DNA of 64,000 nucleotides, taken from NCBI GenBank assembly GCA_963772365.1, contig CAVYXA010000001.1, forward strand, positions 1,504,001-1,568,000, written 5' to 3'. The notes beneath the pieces were generated by a model. That model worked only from the letters and a program-made list of their open reading frames with translations. It made no database searches and was not told where the DNA came from. Numbering within the stretch: position 1 is the first letter of the stretch; every line of letters begins with the position of its first letter. Origin of the DNA: an uncultured Verrucomicrobiae bacterium. Lineage in GTDB: Bacteria; Verrucomicrobiota; Verrucomicrobiia; Chthoniobacterales; UBA10450. Made by a program: the position numbers and the translations under genes. Positions 1 through 10,352 of this stretch are shown piece after piece.

Positions 1-153
1 AGCTTCAGCGAATTGCTTTTTTTCACGGACGATCTCGGCCGAAACCAATTCGCCCTCGATGACATAGGGAACGAAAACGGCTTTTCCAGTTTCGCGGCCG
101 ACGCCTTTCCCGCCGAAAGCGATGTCTTCAATGTTAAGATCGACAACGCGCAT
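1..153 (-). CDS. TRAM-domain RNA methyltransferase (RlmD/TrmA-like), 5' part only; runs off the window edge
   Basis: Manual translation from ATG at 153: MRVVDLNIEDIAFGGKGVGRETGKAVFVPYVIEGELVSAEIVREKKQFAEA, a typical N-terminal TRAM domain. Confidence 0.8.
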   Translation of the reverse strand, partial: MRVVDLNIEDIAFGGKGVGRETGKAVFVPYVIEGELVSAEIVREKKQFAEA

Positions 154-211
154 TGAAGACGTGATTCGACATTGGCTGCATCGTTAGATCGGAAAACTCG
201 TAGGAGAGCTG

Positions 212-2242
212 CTAGGAAACAGCCGCTCCTTCCAGCGCACGTTCAATGGCGGCTTCGAGTTTTTCCAGCTTCACCGGTTTGACCAGATGCTGGGAGAAAC
301 CGGCCTGCAAACTTTTTTCGATGTCGCCATTGTTCCCGAAGCCACTGATGGCAAGAGCCGGCATCTGAGAAATGGCGCGCAGCTGCATGAAAAGATCGAT
401 GCCAGTACCATCAGGCAAAGAAATATCGCTGATCAACAAATCAAATTGATTACGTACGGCAGCTTCCATGGCTGTGCGAACGTTGTGGGTTGCAGCGACC
501 AAATGGCCGCGCCGAATCAGTAATTTTTCCAGTGCTTCACAGGTGTCATGATGATCGTCGACTAGCAATATGCGAAGCCCATGCCGCGGGCTGCTTGTCG
601 GTTTGGCCTCCCGTGGAATCAGATTTTGCGGAGGTGAAATTGTTTCCATCGCCAGTGTAAATGTCGATCCTTGATTGCGGCCTTCGCTCCGGGCCGTGAG
701 CGTGCCACCGTGCGCCTGGGCCAGCGATTTTGAAATAGCAAGACCGAGACCGAGCCCGCCGAAACCGCGCTCGACCGATCGATTCCCCTGCTCAAATGGA
801 TCAAAAATTCGCTTCATCAGATCGGGCTCGATTCCGACGCCGCTATCGCGCACGGTAATGTTCAGAATTCCCGACGCCGGATTGAAGGATGAGATCGCTA
901 TCTCGCCGTTTTCGGGAGTGAACTTGATTGCGTTCTTGAGGAGGTTCCACACAATTTGCTGTAACTTCGCTGCATCCGCGCACACCGTATGAGCACCGGC
1001 CCGCAGGTTCGCGTGGATGCGGATGTTCTTGGCGTCCGCTTCCGGACGACAAATCTCGATCACGTTGTGAACGGCGCAGTGAACATCGACCGGGTCGAAC
1101 TGCAATTGCAATTTGTCTTTTGCAATCCGGGTAAGATCGAGAAGATCGTCAATGAGCTGACTCTCCAATTCGACGTTGCGCCGGATCATGGCCAGCGCGC
1201 GATTCGATTCGTCCGTGCTCAGCGGACCTGTTTCGAGAGTGTCGACTGCAGTGATCACAGGAGTGAGCGGCGTTCGCAACTCGTGGGAGAGCATCGCGAG
1301 AAAATTGTCTTTGGTGCGGTTGGCGGCCTCTACGATCGCTTTCTGCTCCTGAAGGGCTGATTCAAATCGGCGACGCTGCGTCATCGCCGCAGCCAGGGCC
1401 AGAGCGGTGATCGCGAGGATCGCAGTCCGCATTTGCAGGATGAGCAGCGACTGGTTCTCCGTTTGCAAAACGAACGGGCCTCTCCCCTGCAGAGTTCCCC
1501 AAATGGCAAAGCTGACGAGCACGAATATTCCGGTCGCCGCCTCGCGGGGCGTAAAACGAAACGCCAGCCAAACTACAAACGGACCGTAGAGAAACGAAAT
1601 CGGATAATTTTTCGCGCTGATCGGGAACCACCCGCCAAAACTAATTTCAGCCAGCACGATCAAAGCGAGGAAGAGAGCGCTCACCTCGGCAATTTCACTG
1701 CGCGTCCATTTCCGCACCGAGTCACTGCACCAAAGCACAATCAAAGGCGCGATGATGAGATCGCCTGTCAGATCTCCCTGCCACCACGTGAGCCAGACGG
1801 GGGAAAAATTGCTCCAAGAAGCAAAACCGCCGAGTGCCAGACTTGTTATGCCGATCGTTGGGCTGACCAGAGTGCTGATTGCGGCGGCGACCGAGAACTT
1901 GAAGACATTCGCGGCGTTGTCGAACGCCTCGATTCCGCCGGCGAATCGATTGACCAGCCATGCGCCGCAAAATGCTTCGAGAGTATTGCCCGTCGCGATC
2001 CCGAGCGAGGTCGCGATGTTTCCGGCGGTCAATAAATTGACCAGAAATGCGGCGGCAAAGATTCCCGGCCAGATCCGATTGCCTAACAAAAGCAATGAAG
2101 CCAAAGCAATACCGGCCGGCGGCCACACCGGCGACGCGCTTTGGTGCAGCGAGGCGAACGTCAGCCCGAACTTACCTGCGGCAAAGTAGATTAGTGCGAC
2201 GATGCAGACCGCAGGTAACGTGGAGATACGTCGCACTTGCAT
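212..2242 (-). CDS. MASE1-domain hybrid sensor histidine kinase/response regulator
   Basis: MASE1 membrane domain (SPVWPPAG, WWQGD), HisKA (LSHELRTPL), HATPase (GLGLGLAI), C-terminal receiver (ILLVDD, KPV). Confidence 0.92.
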   Translation of the reverse strand: MQVRRISTLPAVCIVALIYFAAGKFGLTFASLHQSASPVWPPAGIALASLLLLGNRIWPGIFAAAFLVNLLTAGNIATSLGIATGNTLEAFCGAWLVNRFAGGIEAFDNAANVFKFSVAAAISTLVSPTIGITSLALGGFASWSNFSPVWLTWWQGDLTGDLIIAPLIVLWCSDSVRKWTRSEIAEVSALFLALIVLAEISFGGWFPISAKNYPISFLYGPFVVWLAFRFTPREAATGIFVLVSFAIWGTLQGRGPFVLQTENQSLLILQMRTAILAITALALAAAMTQRRRFESALQEQKAIVEAANRTKDNFLAMLSHELRTPLTPVITAVDTLETGPLSTDESNRALAMIRRNVELESQLIDDLLDLTRIAKDKLQLQFDPVDVHCAVHNVIEICRPEADAKNIRIHANLRAGAHTVCADAAKLQQIVWNLLKNAIKFTPENGEIAISSFNPASGILNITVRDSGVGIEPDLMKRIFDPFEQGNRSVERGFGGLGLGLAISKSLAQAHGGTLTARSEGRNQGSTFTLAMETISPPQNLIPREAKPTSSPRHGLRILLVDDHHDTCEALEKLLIRRGHLVAATHNVRTAMEAAVRNQFDLLISDISLPDGTGIDLFMQLRAISQMPALAISGFGNNGDIEKSLQAGFSQHLVKPVKLEKLEAAIERALEGAAVS

Positions 2243-2390
2243 GGACAGGAGCCAGTTGCGAACCGACTACCCTCTACATGGCTATTGGCCCTCGTCAACA
2301 GGGGCGCAGGGAATACTGGACCAGTTCAGGGATTGTCACCTTGAATGACGAGAGCCCAAGTCGGAACAGATCAGGTGTCGCCGGACAATC

Positions 2391-2795
2391 TTAATAGTCC
2401 CGCACCCACGGATATTTCGTCTCGTTACCTAACTCAGGCGGAAACTCCGAATAGCCCGCATGGATGTAGGGAATATCTGGTCGGAGGACGGGATAATACG
2501 TCCCATGATAGGTTGGGAACGGGAACGTCAGGATTTCATAGAAGCCAAGCATGCGCCGCCAGGTCGCTCGGCCAACACCACGGACGACTCCGTATCCTGC
2601 GGCAGCGGAATTGCCCTCATTCGTATTCACGGTTGTGACGGTCACGAAGACTTCCGCCGGGGCCAGAAAGAAATTCGACAGGCCACGTCCCAGTTTGCGG
2701 GTCGGGCCGTAATCGTTTGCCGGAGGATCCTGTATGTCCGCCAGCACGGGGCTGATCAAAAGTGCAAAAACAGCGACAACAGTGAACTTTTTCAT
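2391..2795 (-). CDS. Secreted protein resembling the exosortase-system-associated family (TIGR04073-like)
   Basis: Signal peptide followed by DIQDPP...RKLGRGLSN...G.YE..TFPFP pattern. Confidence 0.65.
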   Translation of the reverse strand: MKKFTVVAVFALLISPVLADIQDPPANDYGPTRKLGRGLSNFFLAPAEVFVTVTTVNTNEGNSAAAGYGVVRGVGRATWRRMLGFYEILTFPFPTYHGTYYPVLRPDIPYIHAGYSEFPPELGNETKYPWVRDY

Positions 2796-2843
2796 CCGTG
2801 TACCGCCAGCTAAACAACTCTGAATAAGAAAGGCAACAGTTTT

Positions 2844-3797
2844 TCATTGTCGATTTTCAATTGGACCTCTCCTGTGGGTTACGGCCATGGAAATAATGAT
2901 CGTGACAGCAAGGATAACGAGAATGATGACTAGAGAAAGACCCGTAGGAATTGGGAAATGATCAGCCACAATCATCTTGATGCCGATGAACCCCAGAACA
3001 AGGGCCAGTCCCGTCCTCAAGTAGATGAATCGATCCATCACATGGGCCAAAAGAAAATAAAGCGAACGCAAGCCCAGAATGGCGCAAATATTAGACGTAT
3101 AGACGATAAAGGGATCGCGGGTGATGGCGAAGATGGCGGGAATCGAATCGATCGCGAACATCAGATCGGTCAGCTCGATCACGAGCATGGCCAAAGCGAG
3201 CCGGGTGAGCATCCAGCGGCCGTTGACCCTCACTTTGAAATGCTCGCCGTGAAATTCGTGAGTGACCGGCAGCATCCGGCGGGAGAATCGCATGATCCCT
3301 GTTTCACCAAATTCACCGGCCGAATGTTTTTGAAAAAACATGCGGAAGGCAGTGAACAACAGAAAAATCCCAAATAGATAGAGTATGAAATGAAAGCGTT
3401 GCACCAGGGCGATCCCGCAAATGATGAGCACACCCCGCATCAGCAATGCGCCCAGGATGCCCCAGACCAGGACACGGTGCTGAGCGTGACGAGGCACTTG
3501 GAAATAAGAAAAAATGAGGACGAAAACGAAGATGTTGTCGGCGCTGAGCGAATACTCAATGAGATAGCCGGCCAGGAAATCGATCGCGTGATCGAGTCCT
3601 TTAACACGCCAGACGAGCAGATCGAAAGCAAGCGACACCAGTACCCAGAGCAACGTCCTCCGCGCTGCCGCGGTCATGCTCAGCTCGCGTTGGCGGCGTT
3701 TGAACGTGACGAGGTCGACCCCGATCGCGATAAAGACGCCAACGTGAAAGGCGAGCCAGAACCAAATACTCGTGGACACTGGCCGTGACATTTTCAT
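2844..3797 (-). CDS. TerC/Alx family metal homeostasis membrane protein
   Basis: YLIEYSLSADNIFVF, DLMFAIDSIPAI and SNICAILGLRSLYF motifs. Confidence 0.93.
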   Translation of the reverse strand: MKMSRPVSTSIWFWLAFHVGVFIAIGVDLVTFKRRQRELSMTAAARRTLLWVLVSLAFDLLVWRVKGLDHAIDFLAGYLIEYSLSADNIFVFVLIFSYFQVPRHAQHRVLVWGILGALLMRGVLIICGIALVQRFHFILYLFGIFLLFTAFRMFFQKHSAGEFGETGIMRFSRRMLPVTHEFHGEHFKVRVNGRWMLTRLALAMLVIELTDLMFAIDSIPAIFAITRDPFIVYTSNICAILGLRSLYFLLAHVMDRFIYLRTGLALVLGFIGIKMIVADHFPIPTGLSLVIILVILAVTIIISMAVTHRRGPIENRQ

Positions 3798-3902
3798 GCC
3801 AGATCACTAACGGCAACTCCGAAAGTCTTCGTGAGCAAAGTCGCAAATTGCGCGCGCAGCTTCTCCGACCTATAAGTCAAAGGAACATATACGACCCGAT
3901 AA

Positions 3903-5792
3903 ATGGACATCGAACTGCAAAAGCTGATCGAAGCAGGAAAACTCGCGCCGCAATCTGCCCTGCAGCTGGACAAACTGAAGCCGGCAACCTTTTGTCTGCA
4001 CAAGAGCTGGGGATTTGGTCGGATCGCCGAGTGGAATCTTCTGCTCAATCAAATCGTCATCGATTTCGTCGGGAAAAAAGGACATCCGATGCAACTGCAA
4101 TATGCGGCGGACAACCTGACCCCGATTCCTCCGGAACATTTCCTCGCGCGCAGGGCGACCGATTTGGCCTCCGTCAAAAAGCTCGCCAAAGAAGATCCTG
4201 TCGCGCTCGTGCGCAACATTCTGGAAAGCCTGGATGGTCAGGCCACGCCGCAGCAAATCAGCGAATGGATGATTGGCGATCTGTTTACCGAAGCGGAATG
4301 GAAGCGCTGGTGGGAATCGACCAAGAAACAGCTCAAGACTAGCGGCACGTTTTCCATTCCCGCAAAAAAGAGCGAGCCGATCCAGTTGCGAGGCGAAGGC
4401 GTGTCGCACGCCGATGAACTGATTACTGCATTCCACCAGGCTCGACAGCCGCGGCAACAAATCGCTGCCGTCGATCAGATGGTAAAATCTCATCAGCAAT
4501 TCAAAGAACCCGAAAAGCAATTGCAGCCCGTCATTGCCGCGATCGAGAACGTGGCCGCTCGGAACCAGAAAATGCATCCCGAGATTTCTTTCGAATTGGT
4601 CCTTGGCCGGGACGATCTGCTCAAGCAATTTCCGCAACTTCATACGACGCACGTCGGTCTGACTCTGGGAAAATTGATCGGAGATGAGGAGAAACGGCTG
4701 GTCACGATCCTGCCAAAGTTGTCGGCTGCGAAAGAAAAGCTCGTCTTGCAGGCGTTACCGTCCGCGCTGGGGGAACGATGGAGCGCACGGGCGTTGCAAT
4801 TGATGCAGGCAACTCATGGACGCATGGTGGCCCAGATTCCGCGCGTTTTCAGCGATGCGGGCCGTCATGAGGAATTACGGACGGCGTTGGATCGCAGCAT
4901 TCGCGAGCATTCCGCCACCAGCGAAATGCTGGTCTGGCTCTCTTCCGAACGCGAGGATTGGCCGGATTTGATCAGTCCCGAATTGCTGGCTGCGATTTTA
5001 TCCGCGATTGAGCGCGAACAACATCGGGCAGTGACCAGTCGCAATAGCAAACTGCAGCGGTTGCTGGTCGATGATCGACAATTGATCGCCGATATTTTCA
5101 AGGAAGCAGACGTCGGAATTGCCCGGGACGCAATGCGACGACTCCAGCTGAGTCATTTATTCGACGAATTGACGAAGCGTTCCTTGCTCGCGCGAATCGT
5201 CAAAATCTTCCCCGACCTCGAGAGTATGATCACGGGTGGTCAGGCGGAGGAAAAGGCCGCGCCGCTGATTGTTTCCTGGAGCAGTTTGCAGAAGCGCAAG
5301 GGAGAATACGAAGAACTGGTCAAAAAGAAGATTCCGGAAAACACGCGGGAAATTTCGATCGCGCGATCGTATGGCGATCTAAGCGAAAACTTCGAATACA
5401 AAGCAGCCAAGCAAATGCAGGCCGTTTTGATGCGTCGCAAGACCGAGCTGGAGCAAATGCTGCATCGAGCGCGCGGAACTTCGTTCCAAGATCCGGATAC
5501 TTCGCGCGTCTCCATCGGCACGGTTGTGACCGTTCAGGACAAAGAGAAAGGCGATAAAGAAACTTACACGATTCTCGGCGCGTGGGACGGCGAACCCGAG
5601 CGCCATATCATCTCATATCAAACGGCGATTGGTCAGGCCCTGCTCGGGCATTCAGCCGGCGAAGTCGTCACTCTGAACACCGACCACGGCGCGAGTGAAT
5701 TCGAAATCGTATCGATTGAGGCCGCGCCGCCAGACCAAGCAACCGCCGACGCCGCCCCGTTAGAGACCGACACCGTAGCAGCCGCAAGCTAA
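3903..5792 (+). CDS. greA: Long-form GreA/GreB family transcription elongation factor (PVC-type N-terminal extension)
   Basis: C-terminal ARSYGDLSENFEYKAAK and ISYQTAIGQALLG GreA motifs after a long helical extension. Confidence 0.85.
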   Translation: MDIELQKLIEAGKLAPQSALQLDKLKPATFCLHKSWGFGRIAEWNLLLNQIVIDFVGKKGHPMQLQYAADNLTPIPPEHFLARRATDLASVKKLAKEDPVALVRNILESLDGQATPQQISEWMIGDLFTEAEWKRWWESTKKQLKTSGTFSIPAKKSEPIQLRGEGVSHADELITAFHQARQPRQQIAAVDQMVKSHQQFKEPEKQLQPVIAAIENVAARNQKMHPEISFELVLGRDDLLKQFPQLHTTHVGLTLGKLIGDEEKRLVTILPKLSAAKEKLVLQALPSALGERWSARALQLMQATHGRMVAQIPRVFSDAGRHEELRTALDRSIREHSATSEMLVWLSSEREDWPDLISPELLAAILSAIEREQHRAVTSRNSKLQRLLVDDRQLIADIFKEADVGIARDAMRRLQLSHLFDELTKRSLLARIVKIFPDLESMITGGQAEEKAAPLIVSWSSLQKRKGEYEELVKKKIPENTREISIARSYGDLSENFEYKAAKQMQAVLMRRKTELEQMLHRARGTSFQDPDTSRVSIGTVVTVQDKEKGDKETYTILGAWDGEPERHIISYQTAIGQALLGHSAGEVVTLNTDHGASEFEIVSIEAAPPDQATADAAPLETDTVAAAS

Positions 5793-5882
5793 GGTGGATC
5801 GTCTTCTCCGAAGACGATGGTACAGCAAGCGCCGAAGGCGCTAACTCATTCTCGCGTCGTGCATTCGAACAACGTCGTCTGT

Positions 5883-6164
5883 CTAGCCGGGAGATCGTGT
5901 CGGCGTCGCCGAACAATTCCCTTCATTGTGGTGCCCGTCAGTCGAAGGGAACTCCACCGTTACAGTCGCACCGACGCTTAACTGTCCACTTTTAACTGTG
6001 ATAGACGCGCGGTTAATCGTCCATACATCGGTGCCGACTTGCAGTGTGACTTCACTGTCAGTCAAACTACAGACCGTGCCCGTGAGATTGGTATTTTTTC
6101 CTAACGCAATTCCGCTGAGCAAGCATACGCCAACAAAAACGCTAAGTAAGATTTTGAGTTTCAT
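5883..6164 (-). CDS. Small secreted hypothetical protein (beta-rich, OB-fold-like)
   Basis: Signal peptide MKLKILLSVFVGVCLLSGIALG then beta-strand pattern (GTV...VTLQVG...VTVEF). Confidence 0.55.
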   Translation of the reverse strand: MKLKILLSVFVGVCLLSGIALGKNTNLTGTVCSLTDSEVTLQVGTDVWTINRASITVKSGQLSVGATVTVEFPSTDGHHNEGNCSATPTRSPG

Positions 6165-6323
6165 GCCGCCATTGAACGACCGGGGATTCGCCCGATGCAA
6201 GCTTTTTGTCGGCACTTCGTTAGACTGCGAAGTTCCCGGAGAAATAGTGGCATTAACCCGGCAAAAGTGCGCCGATCAGAATCGACTTGCCACACCAGTG
6301 ACAAGATCGAGATAATAAGAGAG

Positions 6324-6749
6324 TTGAATAATCATAAGATTCATCATCTCGCCGTCTGGATTCTCGCTGTCATTCATTTTTTTATCGGGCTGGGATGGTA
6401 CGCGCTCTTCGGCGAAGCATGGTTAAATTACAATGCCCGCACGATGACAGACATCGAGCAGCCGCACAGCCCGATCCCGTATCTGATCGCGGCTGCTTCC
6501 GCCATCATTGTCAACTACGCGCTGGCCTGGCTCTTTTCGAAGTTACGCGTTGCCCACGCTCTGACCGGGTTGGCAATCGCACTGATTTGCTGGTTCGCAT
6601 TCCTATTTGTCCAGTACGCCACGATCTCGGTTTTCTCCGCTTTCGAAACCAATCCATGGCCGCTGATCTTGATTAACATGGGCCGACCGTTCCTCGCCTT
6701 TGCCATCAGCGGCATCGTTCTCGGCGCCTGGCGCCGCCGCGAGTTGTAA
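6324..6749 (+). CDS. DUF1761-like membrane protein
   Basis: Four hydrophobic helices with GLGWYALFGEAW motif; TTG start chosen at 6324. Confidence 0.7.
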   Translation: MNNHKIHHLAVWILAVIHFFIGLGWYALFGEAWLNYNARTMTDIEQPHSPIPYLIAAASAIIVNYALAWLFSKLRVAHALTGLAIALICWFAFLFVQYATISVFSAFETNPWPLILINMGRPFLAFAISGIVLGAWRRREL

Positions 6750-6899
6750 ATGAGCGCCACGACTGACTGTCCATAGTTTCTATTTCGCGTTAACCGTTTC
6801 CTTGCATTACGAAAACTTGAAACAGTGGCTGGAAGAATGTCGCCAAACGATGGGACTCCGATAGTTTCCTGTATTCGCGCCTGATATGATGCGCTTTAA

Positions 6900-8033
6900 A
6901 TGACCTATTGGCTTGATTTGTTTACCGGCCAGACATGGCAGGAATTTCGCGACCATGGCGCGACTGTGAGCGGATTCCGCAAACGAATGCACAAAGCTGT
7001 CGAGCGAATTAAGCCGGGAGACATTTTGCTCTGTTATTTGACTGGCGTGATGCGATGGGTAGGCGCGCTCGAAGTGTTAGGCCACAGCCGAGACAAGAGC
7101 GCTATTTGGCAATTCGATGAATTTCCTGAACGACTCAGCGTGAAGCCAATCGTGATGTTGTCGCCCGAGCACGGCGTGCCGATGGAAGAACTAGAAGCGA
7201 AGGTGGATTTTTATCGGTCACGCGCAGACCGACCGGGTTTCAATGGATTTCTGCGAATGAGCCCGAACCGGTTCAAACGCGCAGGCGACGGTGAGTTAAT
7301 ATTGGATTTGCTTAGAGCAGCCGAGAAGCAGCCGATCAATCGATCTGTCGATCCAAAGAAACTTGCGCGAAGACCATTCTACAAAGCCGAAGAGAAGCGT
7401 GGCAAGCGGAAAGTCACGATAGTTGTGAGTGTCCCGGAAGCAGATGAACAACAGTCTGACACGCCGGTTGCACCCGAAGCAGAACCGACTGGAACACGCC
7501 ACACCGAAATCCAGTACGCGCTGCTCACTCTAGGTCGGGATATGGGGTTTGATCTCTGGGTTGCACGGAATGATCGTTCTAAGGTTTGGAACGGATCCAA
7601 TCTCGGATCACTGGCTGGAATGGTTGGTCAATTGCCAACTCAATTTAACGAAGCGACTAATCGTACGATCGAACTAATCGACGTTCTCTGGTTGAAGGGA
7701 AATTCGATTGTTGCCGCGTTTGAAGTTGAATCGACAACTTCTGTTTATTCTGGTTTGTTGCGGATGAGCGATTTACTCGCGCTGCAACCAAACCTCTCAA
7801 TCGACTTGTTTCTAGTCGCGCCTGATGATCGCCGGGACAAGGTGGAAAGCGAACTAATGCGTCCGACATTCAAGCTCCGCGAAAAACCGCTTTCGTCGAT
7901 CTGCGGTTTCTTGGGATTCGATTCGCTGGTTGAGAAACTGAAAGCCATCCAGCAACTCGGGTTGGCTTCTTCGCTTAAGCCGGATTTTCTGGAAAAAACG
8001 GCCGAATACTTCGGGAATGAGGATGCAAATTGA
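6900..8033 (+). CDS. EVE-domain + PD-(D/E)xK-like nuclease (putative modification-dependent restriction endonuclease)
   Basis: N-terminal EVE signature (MTYWL...IKPGDILLCY); C-terminal HTEIQ...IDVLW...AAFEVEST restriction-endonuclease-like motif. Confidence 0.75.
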   Translation: MTYWLDLFTGQTWQEFRDHGATVSGFRKRMHKAVERIKPGDILLCYLTGVMRWVGALEVLGHSRDKSAIWQFDEFPERLSVKPIVMLSPEHGVPMEELEAKVDFYRSRADRPGFNGFLRMSPNRFKRAGDGELILDLLRAAEKQPINRSVDPKKLARRPFYKAEEKRGKRKVTIVVSVPEADEQQSDTPVAPEAEPTGTRHTEIQYALLTLGRDMGFDLWVARNDRSKVWNGSNLGSLAGMVGQLPTQFNEATNRTIELIDVLWLKGNSIVAAFEVESTTSVYSGLLRMSDLLALQPNLSIDLFLVAPDDRRDKVESELMRPTFKLREKPLSSICGFLGFDSLVEKLKAIQQLGLASSLKPDFLEKTAEYFGNEDAN

Positions 8034-8046
8034 GGCGTGCGAATGA

Positions 8047-8670
8047 TTATTCGTAAGATGCCCGACCTAACTTTTGGGCGATCTCATCTGGTTCGATTCG
8101 TCCCAACGTCGGTCTTCGATGGCCGATGTACCGACTCTTATCAACTAGATCACTTTCGCCCTTTGTAGTGTGGAGAAATAGCTGACAGATTGTGAATCCG
8201 GGCCTGATCGCAATGGGAATTTCTCCCACGTTCGTTAGTTCAAGCGTTAGGCAGCCGGTGTACCCCGGATGAACTCCCGCTGCGGTGGCAATGATCAAGC
8301 CACGCCTGCCCCATGATGATTTCCCAATCACGTACGCTGCTAAATTTGTAGGCAGTCGTATCCATTCTAAGGTTGCCGCCAGCACAAAAGAGCGCGGATG
8401 GATGATGTATTCCCCACCGAAGGGTACGAAGTTCGTGCGCGTAAACTTTGCGTCGTTCCACGATCCAGTCTTCGTTGGATCGATTTCAAGCAGCGGCATC
8501 CGTCGTCGGTAGAGCGTGACAAACCATGAACCAAGCCGCAAATCAATCGACGCTGACCCGCTCGCGCTCAAAATTTTGAGATCTGGCTGCGGTCGAATTA
8601 ACAATCGTTCGGGCCTGCTTCCCTCAAGATCCGACAGCAATTTCGCTATTTCGTCAGCCTTTAAAATCAT
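8047..8670 (-). CDS. dcd: dCTP deaminase, trimeric dUTPase fold, variant
   Basis: MILKADEI start; ASIDLRLG, FVLAATLEWIRLP, GKSSWGRRGL, HPGYTGCLTLELTNVG, ICQL.L motifs. Confidence 0.85.
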   Translation of the reverse strand: MILKADEIAKLLSDLEGSRPERLLIRPQPDLKILSASGSASIDLRLGSWFVTLYRRRMPLLEIDPTKTGSWNDAKFTRTNFVPFGGEYIIHPRSFVLAATLEWIRLPTNLAAYVIGKSSWGRRGLIIATAAGVHPGYTGCLTLELTNVGEIPIAIRPGFTICQLFLHTTKGESDLVDKSRYIGHRRPTLGRIEPDEIAQKLGRASYE

Positions 8671-9909
8671 GATGAAACGACGATCTCTTGGTACTCCAAA
8701 ACTTCGATGGATTTTAGAAGAAGCTCCTTGAGGTACAGTTGATCGTCGAGATTTGATCTGCGGTATATCTGACCACAGATTCTCATCGTGGAAGCCGCGC
8801 CAACCGGCATTTAGAATATTAGCCAAGCAGCCAGCATGTTGTGCGGGCGCGATTAGTTGGAAATCCGCGTAAATCTCATTATTCTTTTCCGTTGAAGGCA
8901 GCGTCAGTGCAGCATCGGTGACAATCTCATTTGCGAGTGTGATCAGCGTCTTAGTTTGATTCTGCGATGCATAATCCGCCAGAGAGAGCAGAAATTTCTT
9001 GTTGCGTTCGTATTCCGCGGGTTCACTGAAGTCTTCAAACAACCCGGCAAAACTCGGTCGCACCTTAACGCCGTACGCATCCGCAGCGGTATCCATGTTC
9101 CCAACACGCCGCTGCAGATTTGGGTAAATCACAGATCGCGTACCTCGCGGTCGCGGGGAAAGTAGATACGCAAATGCCTGACAGTATGATTCGCCAAAAA
9201 TTCGGACGCCTATCACATCGCAAAATGTCTCTTCCATTTGGCGGGTTGCCCAATCTGTGGCAGCCCACCACGTTTGCCGCACAATCAGATCTTCTGTGAC
9301 TGAAGCTTTATCTTGTACTTCCGGATGCAGCGTTTGAAATTCCTGCCACCGAGGTCCAGTGATTTGATTGACGATTTCATCCTCTATTGGTCGGCTAAAC
9401 CGGTTGTGCATAGTCCTGTCGGTCCAAATCGTATGGCCCAGCTCATGACCGGCTAGGGGAACAAGCAACGGATTCGATGATTCGTGAGCTGGCAGCCCGA
9501 TCAGTACAAAATTGGGCAGATGGGTTATTCGTGCGTAAGTGAAAGGACTGTACTCCCACTCGGATGACAAAAGCAGCTTGGCATCTTTCCCCAGAATTTT
9601 CTGGCAAATTCTTAGAATAGGGCGGTAGATTTCAAACGCGTTCCGCACATTCGTTGAACGCAAAATGAAACCGAGGATCGGAAGGTAATCGAACAATCCG
9701 GCGACCTCGGCCATCGACGCGGCACGCATTGTGTCAGGGTCGCTTTCGTCATCAAGATTTGCTAAAATCTCGAGAAAACCGCGGAATCTTCCTTCGATTA
9801 AGTCGAGCGCCCGCTTGGAATCCAGATAAGGAAAGTCTGAAGCTTGGAGCTTCGTTATCTCATCTAGAAACGCTGTGACGCGTCCTTTAGAAAACTCGAG
9901 CGATACCAC
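8667..9909 (-). CDS. HExxH zincin (M48/gluzincin-like) metallopeptidase-like protein; native C-terminus probably in the +1 frame
   Basis: GHELGH plus downstream EETFCD; removing one base near 8732 gives ...VLKELLLKSIEVLEYQEIVVSS* with an ATGA overlap onto the dcd start. Confidence 0.6.
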
Positions 9910-10352
9910 TACCGCCGAAAAGTATGTGTGGGTTCAAGGTCCTGCAATGATTGTCGGTACGCAGTAGCATATTTTGACAGCGCGACGCAAAAATTCCGGA
10001 TTTTTTCTACCTGCTCGGCTTGGGCGTCTTCGGCCAATTTGGTCATGGCATCGGCAATGTCCCCTGCTCCAGTAATTAGTTCGTTGGTTGTCTTGACCGG
10101 GCCTGCCCACTCAGTGGTATCGAGTGCTGGCCCCACAATCGCAAATGTGCTGGAATCAAGCACGGCACGTTTTCCATTCGCAATAGAGCCCTCAAGAGAA
10201 ACTCTCAGCCGATTTCCAATCTCATTCACCGTCGATAAGCCGATACGCCTGCCGCGACGCAGACTGTCAAGCTCGATCGCCGCTTGCGCGGCGAGCATCG
10301 GAAGATCGGGATCATACAAGCGCAAGGATGTGGGAGCACTGAACGGAGACAT
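9909..10352 (-). CDS. Hypothetical alpha-helical protein, first gene of the dcd operon
   Basis: RBS-like AAAGGTGA before ATG at 10352; its TAG overlaps the GTG start of the next gene (TAGTG). Confidence 0.7.
   Translation of the reverse strand: MSPFSAPTSLRLYDPDLPMLAAQAAIELDSLRRGRRIGLSTVNEIGNRLRVSLEGSIANGKRAVLDSSTFAIVGPALDTTEWAGPVKTTNELITGAGDIADAMTKLAEDAQAEQVEKIRNFCVALSKYATAYRQSLQDLEPTHTFRR

Noticed and set aside
3798..3902. yybP-ykoY (Mn) riboswitch upstream of the TerC gene
   Set aside because: Short divergent intergenic region without a recognisable motif.
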